From Podarcis liolepis (taxonomy: Eukaryota), in the NCBI GenBank assembly GCA_965112155.1, contig OZ218098.1: a stretch of 64,000 bases of DNA, one strand, 5' to 3'. How positions within the stretch are numbered: the first letter of the stretch is position 1; each line of letters starts with the position of its first letter. Under the pieces are notes generated by a model. The model was not told where the DNA came from, made no database searches, and saw nothing but the letters and a program-made list of their open reading frames with translations. Below, piece after piece: positions 37,910 through 50,611 of the stretch. The translations under genes and the position numbers were made by a program.

Positions 37910-38895
37910 CAGTGGTACCCCGCAAGACGAACGCCTCGCAAGACGGAAAACCCGCTAGACGAAAGGGTTTTCCGTTTTGGAGGCGCTTCGCAAAACGAAT
38001 TTCCCTATGGGCTTGCTTCGCAAGGCGAAAGCCCATAGGGAAATCTCCGGGGACCTCTTTTAAATGCTAGCGGTGGGGAGCAAAGCCTTTCCCCCCCTCC
38101 GGCCTTCAGAAGAGGTCCAGGAAGGCTGGCGGGGGCCGAAAGGCTTTGCTCCCCAGTGCCAGCATTTTAAAAGCAGTCCGGGATAGCAGGGAAGCGCTTC
38201 CCGCTATCCCGGACAGCTTTTGAAGGCAGGAGCGGTCCGCGAAGCCTGGGCGCGCTGATGTCAGCGTGCGCAGGCTTCGGCATGCGGGCAAGTCTCCGCC
38301 AGCAGCGGCAGCGCTGCCGCTGCTGGCGGAGCGCTCCGCGAAGCCTGGGCGCGCTGATGTCAGCGCGCGCAGGCTTCGGCATGCCGGCAGAGGTCCGCGA
38401 AGCCTTGGCCGGACAGCTTTTGAAGGCAGGCGGGGGGAGCAAAGACTTTCGCCCTCGCCAGCCTTCAGAAGAGGTCCAGGACCTCTTCTGAAGGCTGGCG
38501 GGGGGCAAAAGTCTTTGTCCCCCCTGCCTGCCTTCCCAGGGGCTTTTAAATCGCCCCGGACAGCGGAGAAGTCCTCCGCTGTCCCGGGGCGATTTTAAAA
38601 TGCCGCCCGCCAGCATTTTAAGATCGCCCCGGACAGCGGAGAAGCCCTCCGCTGTCCCGGGGTTTTTTAAAATGCTGGGGGTGGGAAGAAAAGCCCTTGT
38701 GTCCCCCCCCCCCCAGCCTTCAGAAGAGGTCGGGGGACAGACTGTCCCCGGACCTGGTCTGAAGTCGGTTTCCCTAGGAACGCATTAATTGATTTTCAAT
38801 GCATTCCTATGGGAAACCGTGCATCGCAAGACGAAAAACTCGCAAGAAGAAGAAACTTGCGGAACGAATTAATTTCGTCTTGCGAGGCACCACTG
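37910..38895 (+). mobile_element. Tc1/mariner (Tigger-like) non-autonomous element, 986 bp, CpG-rich
   Basis: TIR cagtggtaccccgcaagacgaa / ttcgtcttgcgaggcaccactg; TA flanks; no transposase ORF. Confidence 0.9.
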
Positions 38896-39334
38896 TATTA
38901 CTTAAGTGATTTTTAGCATTTTGGATGCACCCCACGAACTGTAGGTCATTGACCCATCTTTAAAGGGTACAAAAAGAGTATGAATTAGTCACCCTTCTAA
39001 CCTTTGAGATGCCTGCAAGGTTGGATGATGCTTTTGTTACAAGTGTGTATCTGGACTCACATGTGTGCAACCAACAGTCATGTATGTTCATCTACACACT
39101 GTTGAGAAGCTCTCACAAAGAGGAATAAAAACAGCTTGGTTTATTACATGAAATAAATGTGACAGTGTGTAAATGCTGCTTCAGACAGCAAATTACATTT
39201 TAAGCTGGCAGCGATTCCTACAACACACACACACACACATACACACCCTTTGATCAGAAGAGTGAAAGATTTCCTAGCTATTTTTAAAAGCCTACAAAAA
39301 TGTGAGTGTTGCAATTCAGCCAGAAGGACTAGTA

Positions 39335-39559
39335 TAGTGGTACCTCAGGTTACAAACTTATTTTGTTCCGGAGGTCCGTTCTTAACCTGAAACTGTTCTT
39401 AACCTGAGGCGCGCTTTCGCTACTGGGGCCTCCTGCTGCCGACATGCCGTCAGCACGTGATTTCCGTTCTCATCCTGGGGCAAAGTTCTCAACCCAAGGT
39501 ACTACTTTCAGGTTAGCAAAGTTTGTAACCCAAAGCATTTGTAACCTGAGGTACCACTG
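39335..39559 (-). mobile_element. Tc1/mariner MITE family A
   Basis: TIR agtggtacctcaggttacaaa / tttgtaacctgaggtaccact; TA flanks. Confidence 0.88.
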
Positions 39560-39589
39560 TACTATGAGCAGAAAAATTGAAGGGAAGAC

Positions 39590-39655
39590 TATAAGCTGCC
39601 CAGAGTGGCTGGGGAAACCCAGCCAGATGGACGGGATATAAAAATTCTTCTTCTT

Positions 39656-39718
<63 letters not shown>
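39590..39718 (+). mobile_element. L2 LINE 3' tip with compound (TTC)n(TTA)n tail
   Basis: gcccagagtggctggggaaacccagccagatgg matches the reverse complement of 43563-43595. Confidence 0.85.
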
Positions 39719-42219
39719 GTACCTGTCCTTAAACCTAAGTGAGCATGTGCTGTTCCTTGAGAGCACTGAGAAAGAGAGTTCCTTGCGTTAAGATCGTCCT
39801 AGTCTCTTGTAGGACCAACTGACATGTTCTCTCCCTCCTGCTTGATTGTTCGGGAGCTTCAAAAGCTTTCTTCAGTCTGAACATCACAGCGACTGATACC
39901 AAGAAGCATCAGCACACTTATGGATCTGCAGAGTATTCGCAGTTTGCGTAACAGAACTCGGTAGCACAGCATTTTGGCTAATCTATTTTTATTTACATAT
40001 AAGACACTCAGAGCATTCTGACTTAGCTTCTTCCTCTTTCTCATCAGACAGAAAAGAGAGAAAGAACAAAGGACAATAGTCCCACATTCTGAAACACAGT
40101 AACATAAACATCCTGTCTCCGTCACTTCCCACACTGTGGATTGAAAACATACTGTATACTGTCATGTGATAGACAACAATCTCATGACTGCAAACAGGGA
40201 GCAAGAATCCTAACACCTTGTTGTAGCTGGGATAGGTGGCTGTGGGCTGTGAACTGAGTGATTTCTACGATTTCCATAGTTCCATACTATTCCCAAGAAT
40301 TTTCTGCAGTGTTCTCACCTCGCCCATCTTGCTTAACAAAGGTGAAAGACTGTAATCCTAGCAAACCCATCAAGCAATCAAATGGACATGGCTATCTTTT
40401 TGTCTGCTATCTGCCTTCAACTTACCTAATCATTTTGTGGATGGGTCCCATTGAGGTGTTGAGTATTCCGTATTTGGCAACCCAATTTGCATGTGTTAAT
40501 CTTTAGGTCAGGTGTGCCACACTATGGGGGAACTCAGGATATGCCTGAATGCCTTTCAGGAGGTGAGGCCGGAATCAGGCTTTTACCAGGGTCACCAAAG
40601 TTCATCAGGGAGGGTCTCCTGTCATATTAGAATTATGTCAACCATATCATTAATGCCATGATCTACAGTGTTAAACCATGGAAATAAGTTCAGATTTACA
40701 TACATATTGGGGAGCTGCTTCCCACTGTGATATAGAAATATATTCTATTTCTTAATGGCATGAGAATGATAGAGTTGTTTTTAAAAGCACAGTGATAGTC
40801 AAACACGGTATCTAGAGCTCAACAGTCTCTCAAAGAAGTTTAATTCCAATGCTCTGTCCCTATTTTTAACGGTGTTATTACTGACAATTTTCAAGCTGTC
40901 AGTAAAACACTTGCTAAACCAAAATAATTGTTGTGCATAGCTTTTTTATCTTTGAATCAAGTAGTGATGTTCTAATTAACAAATGGAAATATGCAGAACT
41001 GACACATGTTAATTATCATCCTGTGCTTGCTATAGATAGTTTAACAGGGCATTTACTATTTCAGTAACAAGCTTGTATTTAGAGAAAGAGATGAGGAAAG
41101 TAGAAGGGAACAGAAGATAAACAGCATAGCATACCAAGCAAAACAATTTCAAATTTGTAGTAAGGGTCTTTCTTATGTTGCTAGCCAGCCCTGAAATACA
41201 ATGATGGATAAGGAAGAGAGAAGACATGACAGACATGTATAAAATTATGTATAGCATGGAGATACTGAGTTTTTAATACTAGAATCAGACATTATCTAAG
41301 AAAGCTGAACTTTGGAAGGAAAACTCAGCACAGAGAAAAGGAAGTACTCATATAACACAGAAGGGAGGGGAAAATATATTTCCCTAGTGGGTCAGATCTG
41401 TATCTGACCTACCACTCACAGGCCAAATTTGTCTGCCCACCTGTCAGTCACCTGATGTCACAATTACATCATCATGAGCCTCTTGGAAGCTGTGCTCCCT
41501 GTGATCTTGGGTTGGAAAGGGCTTGTTTCAAATGTCCACAAACAGTTATCAGGTATAAGAATGGAAGAATCAATCATCTACTCTTTAATTTCTCTCTAAT
41601 TTCCAAGCGGGATGGGAAGCTAAACACTCCTGCTGGAGAACCTCCATACAAATTGGAATATATTTTTCATTAAAAAAACAACAACAGAAACAAGTTAAAC
41701 ATTTATGCTCTCAACGAGAAGCCAGTTCCCAGCCAGCAATCTCCTTCACTGCCATATTTTTCATTTTTTTTTTATTCCTTTACTACAATGATATCTATCT
41801 TAATATTGTGATTTTTTTTTAATACAGAAAGAATATTTTTTTCTTGATAACACAGCAGGCTAATGGATTTCGCAAGAAAAATGTGTATAAAATGTCAACA
41901 ATAGATAAATACTGGAAATATTCAAAGAGACAGTCTCAGCAGAGTCCCTGATATACATCTGTTAATATCTTGCACTGAATATGAAAGGCTGTTACTTTTA
42001 GGAAATCAGGTTATATGTGTGCTCAGTTGACAACACCACCCTGGCAGCTGGTTCTCTTTCTTTAAATAGGTTTGTGCCACCTCCACTCCCATGGCAAATA
42101 CAAAATCTGAATCTATTATTTTAGCAAATAAGATATTTTTACTTGGCTACAGGATTAATTTCTGTTGAGAGACAACCAGAGTGGCTCAGGCAACCCAGTC
42201 ATATGGGCAACATATACAT

Positions 42220-43014
42220 TTGTTGTTTGTTTAGTCGTTTAGTCATGTCCGACTCTTCATGACCCCATGGATCAGAGCATGCCAGGCACTCCTGTCTTCC
42301 ACTGCCTCTCGCAGTTTGGTCAAACTCATGTTCGTGCTTTGAGAACACTATCCAACCATTTGGTCCTCTGTCGTCCCCTTCTCCTTGTGCCCTCAATCTT
42401 TCCCAACATCAGGGTCTTTTCCAGGGAGTCTTCTCTTCTCATGAGGTGGCCAAAGTACTGGAGCTTCATGATCTGTCCTTCCAGTGAGCACTCAGGATGA
42501 TTTCCTTAAGAATGGATAGGTTTAATCTTCTTGCAGTCCATGGGGCTCTCAAGAGTCTCTTCCAGAACCATAATTCAAAATCATCAATTCTTCGGCGATC
42601 AGCCTTCTTTATGGTCCAGCTCTCACTTCCATACATCACTGCTGGGAAAACCATAGCTTTAACTATACGGACCTTTGTCGGCAAGGTGATGTCTCTGCTT
42701 TTTAAGATGCTGTCTAGGTTTGTCATCGCTTTTCTCCAAAGAAGCAGGCATCTTTTATTTTTGTGGCTGCTGTCACCATCTGCAGTGATCATGGAGCCCA
42801 AGAAAGTGAAATCTTTCACTGCCTCCATTTCTTCCCCTTCTATTTGCCAGGAGGTGATGGGACCAATGGCCATGATGTTGAGCTTTAGACTGCATTTTGT
42901 GCTCTCCTCTTTCACACTCATTAAGAGGTTCTTTAATTCCTCCTCAGTTTCTGCCATCAAAGTTATGTCCTCTGCATATCTGAGGTTGTTGATATTTGTT
43001 ACGGCAATCTTAAT
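42220..43014 (-). mobile_element. BovB (RTE clade) LINE, 5'-truncated, with frameshifts
   Basis: NINNLRYAEDITLMAETEEELKNLL..DFTFLGSMITADGDSS..ITLPTKVRIVKAMVFPAVMYGSESWTIKKA; (caa)-type tail. Confidence 0.95.
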
Positions 43015-43021
43015 TATGTAC

Positions 43022-43023
<2 letters not shown>

Positions 43024-43066
<43 letters not shown>
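43024..43066. repeat. (AAT)n microsatellite
   Basis: Direct reading. Confidence 0.95.
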
Positions 43067-43069
<3 letters not shown>

Positions 43070-43522
43070 TATATTAGATTGAACATCACTGCTCTTTCCT
43101 GTATCATGTCTGCCTTGGGGGTTAGGGCAGAGGAAGGCACTGACATTGTTAGGACGGATAGTGTATGTACAGACATATAAACAATCCTTGAATAAACAAC
43201 AACAACTTATACCCCACCTATCTGACTGGTTGCCCCAACGACTCTGGGCAGCTTCCAATAGAACATAAAAACACAGTGAAACATCATATATTTAAAACTT
43301 CCACTCTTCATTTCTTCTACTCCCCCATTAAAGTCAGTGGAGACAACCAGGGCTTAGCTTTATCATATGAAATATCAGGTTTTTTTAAAAAAAGAAAAAG
43401 AAAAAAGTTTTCCTGTAGCACTCAAAGCCACACTCTGTTCCACACATATTTCACAATGTATTTGAACTTAGAGAGCCTCAGGAACAGGTCAAGTTCTATA
43501 ACACCACCTAGTACTAACAGAA

Positions 43523-44312
43523 TAATAATAATAATAATAATAATTTATTATTTGTACCCCGCCCATCTGGCTGGGTTTCCCCAGCCACTCTGGGCGGCTT
43601 CCACAGAAACCAAAAAACACTAAAATATCATACATTAAAAGCTTCCCTGAATAGGGCCGCCTTAAGATGTTTTCTGAATGTCAGGTAGTTGTCCATCACC
43701 TTGACATCCGATGGGAGGGCATTCCACAGGGCGGGCGCCACCACCGAAAAGGCCCTCTGCCTGGTTCCCTGTAGCTTCGCTTCTCGCAATGAGGGAACCG
43801 CCAGAAGGCCCTCGGCGCTGGACCTCAGTGTCCGGGCAGAACGATGGGGGTGGAGACGCTCCTTCAGGTATACTGGGCCGAAGCCGTTTAGGGCTTTAAA
43901 GGTCAACACCAACACTTTGAATTGTGCTCGGAAACGTACTGGGAGCCAATGTAGGTCTTTCAAGACCGGTGTTATGTGGTCTCGGCGGCCGCCCCCAGTC
44001 ACCAGTCTAGCTGCCGCATTCTGGATTAGTTGTAGTTTCCGAGTCACCTTCAAAGGTAGCCCCACGTAGAGCGCATTGCAGTAGTCCAAGCGGGAGATAA
44101 CTAGAGCATGCACCACTCTGGCCAGACAGTCAGCGGGCAGGTAGGGTCTCAGCCTGCGTACCAGGTGGAGTTGGTAGACAGCTGCCCTGGATACAGAATT
44201 GACCTGTGCCTCCATGGACAGCTGTGAGTCCAAAATGACTCCCAGGCTACGCACCTGGTCCTTCAGGGGCACAGTTACCCCATTCAGGACCAGGGAGTCC
44301 TCCACACACCTC
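43523..44312 (-). mobile_element. Young L2-clade LINE, 5'-truncated
   Basis: Open ORF 43628-44305 with VRSLGVILD, SRLDYCNAL, KLQLIQNAAARL, HITPVLKDLHWLPV, RAFSVVAPALWNALP; (TTA)n tail; 9-bp TSD ctaacagaa (43514-43522, 44313-44321). Confidence 0.93.
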
Positions 44313-44758
44313 CTAACAGAAGTAGGACCCCATTTGTCTGAGTGGCCCCTTGCCTGGATCTCCGCACTTCACCCCAGCCTGCAGGTCAGGGCTCACATAC
44401 AAACACGATGCCCTGTAGGCTGATCACAAAAAGCACAACAGAGAGCTCAGAACCCTTTACCAGGTGTGCAAGTTTTCTCACTCCAGGGAGGTTGGCTTCC
44501 ATTGGTGATCCCCAACCTATACAGAGTAGCTATGACTTATGATTCCCACCCTATCTAGTCTGCAGTTGGCCAGTCTCAATCTAGGAAGGCTTCCCTGGTC
44601 TCATTGTGCTCTCTTTCTGGGAGGCTATAGGACTGCATGGAGCAAGCCCTATAAGGCAAAAAGACTTGCACTCAGTGAAATCACCTGCTGCTGGCTGGAC
44701 TGACCCCACCTGAGTAGAGCACCTTAAGAAGAAAACTCTTGAGAAAATGGAGGACAGG

Positions 44759-45103
44759 CAGTGCCAGATTTATTTATAAGCTAAACAAGCTATAGTTTAG
44801 GGCCCCACTCTCTTGGGGCCCCCAAAAAAAATTAAAGGAAAAAACCCCTGGATGTACATTTACAAATATAATATAATTAAAAAACAATTGTACAATTAAT
44901 TTTCTTTCAGTTCAACAATTACTTTGATAAAATACATATTTTGTGATGTGCAAATGGCTTTAGATAACGGTCCATAAATTACCATATAGCATATATTCAA
45001 CACAAAAACCAGCAACAATTTGTTGTTGACAAAGGACAGCTGGACATATAAGGGGTCCCATGTCAGTAGCTTAGGGCCTCATCAAACCTAAATCCTGTCC
45101 CTG
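44759..45103. mobile_element. hAT (Tip100-like) non-autonomous element
   Basis: cagtgccagattta / taaatcctgtccctg termini; perfect 8-bp TSD aggacagg. Confidence 0.85.
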
Positions 45104-45161
45104 AGGACAGGTGTCAGCACAGCATTACTAGTTAAATTTTCCTTCCTCCGTTGTTGTAATA

Positions 45162-45438
45162 CAGGGGTCAGCAACCTTTTTCAGCTGTGGGCCAGTCCAC
45201 CGTCCCTCAGACCATGTGGTGGGCCGAACTATATTTTTTTTTGGGGGGGGGGGATGAACAAATTTATAAAATATTTTATAAAATTCCTGTGCCCCACAAA
45301 TAACCCAGAGATGCATTTTAAATAAAAGGTCAAATTCTACTCATGTAAAAACATGCTGATTTGCAGACCGTCCGTGGGCCGGATTAAGAAGGCGATTGTG
45401 CTGCATCCGGCCCTCGGGCCTTAGGTTGCCTACCCCTG
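45162..45438. mobile_element. hAT (Charlie-like) non-autonomous element
   Basis: TIR caggggtcagcaacct / aggttgcctacccctg; TSD ttgtaata/ttgcaata. Confidence 0.88.
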
Positions 45439-46701
45439 TTGCAATAGATAGGCTGCTAAGTAAGATCCAGAAGGCTGAATGAATTTCAGCATCAAATACT
45501 TGTCTCCTTTTCTTTGACAGATATATGACTATTACCCAAGGCAGTTAGCTCGTATTTTAAAAAGTAAAAAAATAAAAGAAACATCCAAACGTTTCAAATA
45601 TCATTTTTAATACCATTACTCCTGTTGTCTTGGTTAACAAATTGTGTGGGCATTTTAGATGCCAGAGGAGATATGTCTACTTTCACTTTTCTGATTACTC
45701 AAGCCAAAGATTACAATTGAGTTGAGGGCTAAGGTTAATGAAGGCAACCATTAGTAGAGTACTAAGGTTAAGAGTTGAGTATGAAGGCAGTACTAAGGTT
45801 AATGGGGGCAGTATACAGACATTTAAATATGTGGGAGATTTGCCATTCAGTGGGATATGTATTGCTCCCTAAAACAGCTTGGTTCCACTTTAACTTATCA
45901 AAACTCCCGCCTACTCCCTGCCCAGTATCAATAATATATTTTTTTATTTAAATAATCTGTAAAAATATTGGGTCTTATTGATTTAGATGAGAATTTCCAA
46001 CCTTTCCATGCACATCTCTGAAAGTGACTTACAATTAAAACCAATACCATCATAAAACCACAATATTAAGCAAAATAAAATAGTCAATATCCAACTATTT
46101 CCTACTGACAATAGACCCATTAAAACAATTTGTTTAAGTTGCTTAACCCATTGATTTCAATGTGTCTACCTGTTTGAGCTTTAATGAAGAGCAAACATAA
46201 GCATCATTTATATACATTTTCAAAGCTCAGCAACTGTTTGCAATAATATGAGTTCATTATAGGCTCTGGTTATAAATTCAAGATAGACATGAAGCACAAG
46301 CTACTGATGCTGTTTGGATGTTATTATAGATAATGATGTCACCCACAAATTTAAATCCCAGGTATTTATTCTTTAAATATCTTATGGGGATGCCTTCACC
46401 AAGAACCATTTCCCATACTAAAATCCTGAGTCATCTGAGTTGAAACTCCTACATTTAAAATTTTATTGCCAGAAAAATTAATATAAAAGCCCATTTTATA
46501 TGTGGAGTTGACAGTGGTGTGCAGAACTATCATTAGATTCTTGGATGTTTGTGCCCAGCATACAAATGGATATATCTATAGACCATTCTTATGTTATACT
46601 GTGAAAGTACAAATACTGTGATATGAACCAAGCAGGTATCTGGAGAAAGGGGAATATCTTTTGTCCATGAATGGTTTAGGAAGATATGTATTGTTGAGAT
46701 A

Positions 46702-46953
46702 CAGTGGACTCTTGGGTTGCAAACGTGATCTGTGCGGGATGCACGTTTGCAACCCGCGGCGTTCGCAACCCGTGTCTGCGCATGTGTGGGTTGTGATTTG
46801 GTGCTTCTGCGCATGTGCAAAGCACGATTTAGCGCTTCTGCACATGCGCAACCACCAAAACCTGGAAGTAACCCGTTCCAGTACTTCCGGGTTTCGGCGG
46901 TCCGCAACCCGAAAAGATGCAACCTGAAGCAGCTGTAACCCGAAGTACGACTG
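46702..46953. mobile_element. Tc1/mariner MITE, family B
   Basis: cagtggactcttgggttgca / tgtaacccgaagtacgactg termini; TA flanks; internal tgcgcatgtg repeats. Confidence 0.8.
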
Positions 46954-47155
46954 TACATGTATATGCTTACAACCCAATCTGGAGGGAATTGCCTGAAAAT
47001 GTCATGCACTTCTGTGAAAAAGGGAGGGAGTCATAGCCATTTTTAGATTCCTCATTAAAGTGAATGGAGGAAGGACTGAATGTTGTTTTTAACACATCAA
47101 ATTTGATTCCCAGATAACATGCTGAACAGAAAAAACCAGAGCAGCTGCAAAACAA

Positions 47156-47735
47156 ATCAGGCTGCTCCCGAAAGCTGCAGATAGGTCAGCAACAAAAAAT
47201 GAATAAATTTTATTCTTTCTTATTCAAGGAAAGAAACCACAGCTCATGCCTAGTGATCTCAGCAAATCTTCTTAGGAGGTCTTGCCCCGAAGACACAGTT
47301 GCAAGGACTGAAGGTCTCTGTCTTCCCACCCCTTTCTAAAGCTTCTACTCTCCCAGGTTTTTATCAAAGTGTGTCTGCACACAACTAATCTCTTTTCTGC
47401 TCTTTTCATTTATCTGTGCATTCTTGGAGACGGGGGGGGGGGGAGTTAGTTGCAGCAGGAGGGGAAGACTCCCTGGATTCTTCAGCAGCCTCTTGACCCA
47501 CACTCTGCTTCAGCTGCAGAGTCTGAGCTGCACTCTGCCACAGACTCTGCCTGCTCACTAAACCCTGTTGCCTCTCCAGCTTCCAACACTGCCTCCCCTC
47601 AGTCTTCTCCCTCTGACCACTCGTTGTCATCCCAGCACCAATCCCCTGGCTCTGAGCTTTCTTTTCCTGTGGGTTCTCTAGGGTCCCCTGGCTGTTGTCT
47701 CCCACCACTCCTCTTCACCTAGCCAGTTCATGACT
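47156..47735 (-). mobile_element. Solo LTR, degraded copy of the 13340-13871 family
   Basis: Shared blocks gttgcaaggactgaaggtc, gcaggagggg.agactccctgg, ccctggctctgagc; ends catgact; left boundary approximate. Confidence 0.75.
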
Positions 47736-49295
47736 GATACATATAGAAGTCAAATCTTGTGTGCAGTCATTCCCACCACCAGATGGTGGCCCCAATGGTA
47801 GACGTGTTGACAGCAGCCTTGACAATTTGAATTCTCCCTCCACCAAACTCAAATTCACCTTCACTGTTTCTGTTGGAAAAGTTATGACCCGAAACATTTG
47901 GAAGAGGGGGTCAGGGAAGACGTTCAAGAGGCGCACAAGGCAGAGACAGCAAAAGTGAGAAGTCCTCTTCTCAGTCTCAGGCTCAGTCCCTACCCTGACA
48001 AGATGCAATAGCAGCTCAGGCAGGCCAATATGGAGGATTTGGGGTGAGGGAAAGTAAGGGTCCACAAGATGGAAGTTCCCAAAGCTCAAGCCTGCTCAGT
48101 CCTCAAACCATTTAGCTTGCTGCTCTGCATCCGATCCCACTAGGACCATGCCATTGAATTGATACCCACAACAAAAGGCATGTAGATAAAAGCTGAATCC
48201 TTTAAATTGAATCAGACAGTCTATAAGGCACCTTGGACCAAGAAAGGTTGTTTTTCAAAGCACTGAACTAGGGTCCAAATCTTGCAGTCAATGCACACCC
48301 CTAGTAGAATCATAGAATTGTAGAGCTGGATGGTACCCAGACAGTTAGTTATCTAGACCAACCCAGTGTAATGCACAAATCACAGCTAAATGCAGAAATC
48401 ACAAGTACAAACCTCTTGGTAAGTGAATGTGTAATTGTAGCCTCAGTGATGAAAAGAAATACATGTGTGTGAAAGAAAGAGACCTGTATGCATATTTAAG
48501 AGTGAACAGATGCAACAGAAGAAAGGATTCCTGCATCTTTAATTATTGGATAAAAATATTTTTTTATATCAGGCTGCACTACAAACTTACAGTTAGGTGA
48601 ATCATTTTATGCATTACTAATATTGATTTAACTTTTAAAAGAACAGAGTACTTATTCCAAGCTTTGTTTGTTGCTCTCTTTTATTTCATATATAAATATG
48701 CTGCTTGTAAACTAGATAAACCAAGAGAGCAAGGCAGCAATGCTCATTCTAATTTTCCTCAGTTTGGATCAGCTGGGCAAAGTGAAGAGTCAGCCTTGAG
48801 CAGAATTTGGTACTCAGAGGTGCAAGGTTAACTGCAACAAACAGAGGCCAGTGCTAAAGGATACTTTATAAATGGAGTGAATTTCATTTTGACACAAAAT
48901 ATTTCTGACACAGGCTGTCATAAAAGGGGTTTATGGGAGGGCATGTGTGGGGAAAGTAAAGTTGTCAAACGGAGTTTGCCTGATATAAACACTGAGTCCA
49001 GAGGACAATCTATAAAGAATATGGAGTACTTGTGTTTCAGGACAGCTAAAAATTTAGTGAATTTTGGAAGGTCACTTTTGCAGGCAAATATGGAACAACA
49101 TCAGCTTTCTAATGCCAGTCAGGGATTTCCCCTGAATATTAGAATGTTTAATTTAGATTCTTTCTAGAACAAGATGGATTTGTTTTTCATTCCGTATATA
49201 ACCGTCTATGAGATTATACTATCTGCCCAGATAACCTGTTTAAAAGTTTCAAACTTAAATAAGGGTAAACATAAATCCAGAATCCAAGTCCAGTA

Positions 49296-49525
49296 CAGCG
49301 ATACTTTGGAAGTCGAACAGAATCTGTTCCAGAAGTCTATTTGACTTCCAAAACATTTGGAAATCAAGACACAGCTTGCGATTGGCTGCAGGAAGCTCCT
49401 GCGGCCAATCAGAAGCTGCAGTGGACGTTTGAGTTCCAAAGAAGGTTCACAAACCGGAACACTCAATTCTGGGTTTGCGTCATTTGGGAGCCAAAACGTT
49501 TGACTGCTAAGGAGTTCAGGATCTG
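49296..49525 (+). mobile_element. Tc1/mariner MITE, family C (degraded)
   Basis: Shared core gattggctgcaggaagctcctgc.gccaatc.gaagc with 52262-52503 and 58346-58586. Confidence 0.75.
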
Positions 49526-49710
49526 TATATCTTAATTTCAAAAGGTGGTGGCTTAACCTGTATGATCTGAATGAGCATTTGAGAAAAAGTGTTCACTCTT
49601 TCACACAAACACTTAGGCATCTGTAGAAACAGCTTGCACCTCTGTTTGGTGTAAATGTGCAAACAACCCTAAAATTGCACTTTCACTAGCACAAATGTAC
49701 ATGCACATAG

Positions 49711-50180
49711 CAGCAGCGTAGCTAGCTGCTCGGGTGCCCGGTGCGGCATTGCGTCCTCCAGCCGGGGGCGGGGTGAGCTGCCCATGGGGGCGTGGCAAGC
49801 TGGCCATGGGGGCGGGGTGCACTGCACGGAGTCTCTCCGCTGTCTCTCCCTCAGCTGTAGGGAGGCAGAGGGAGAGGTGGAGGGCAGACACAAACCCCAC
49901 GCTGCCGTTTCAGGCAGCGTGGAGCCTGCAGGTGCCCTAGCCACCACATCACTCCCACGGCTTGAGCACGCTGCAAGCCCCACGGTAAGTGCCGACCCCT
50001 GCAGTGTGGCACCCAGTGCCAGCCACGCTCCGTTACGTTTGTTGACTGAACTAAAAAGTTTCGTGAACCCATTTTTTTTTAAAAAAAACACTCATATTTT
50101 TGTTATTTTGTCACACACATCCCTCAGTGATGACAGCTGGGGCAGCCCGCACCCCCTGCACCCCCCTTTCTCCACTACTG
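49711..50180. mobile_element. hAT (Tip100-like) GC-rich non-autonomous element
   Basis: cagcagcgtag / ctccactactg termini; flanks gcacatag/gcacaaac (6/8). Confidence 0.6.
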
Positions 50181-50611
50181 GCACAAACACAGATCCCAAC
50201 CTTGTTTCTTCTTCTTTTTCTTCTCCACTGCAGAGAGCTAAGCACATCTCTCACACATCCATATATTTGCTGGGTGATTTGTGCAATCAAAAGCATTTGA
50301 ACGGAATGTAAGATTATTTGCCTTGTTAGATTAGACCGAGCTCCATCTTGAAGGCATGGCATAAAAGTGCAGAAATTGAGTCATCTCATTGCTGTGCCAG
50401 TTCGAGCTATTTTGCTGTCTTCCTTGCTAAAGTGCCCTGACATTATTCCGGCAGAGGTGAGTGTATGCGGAGTTGGGAGGAGGGCTATATATTGCCGAGG
50501 TAGCTGGGGAGTCAGAAGGATTTTCTGCACAGTAACAGGGAAGCAGATAATCTTTGTCCCACCAGCACTCATTTTATGTGTAAATTTTTAATCTCACATT
50601 AAGGGGTTGGA

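Noticed and set aside
38106-38788. Several overlapping ORFs in the GC-rich MITE (likewise 21458-21860 and 49613-51485)
   Set aside because: Low stop-codon frequency in GC-rich repeats; no transposase motifs
42497-43180. 227-aa plus-strand ORF
   Set aside because: Antisense of BovB plus an (AAT)n microsatellite
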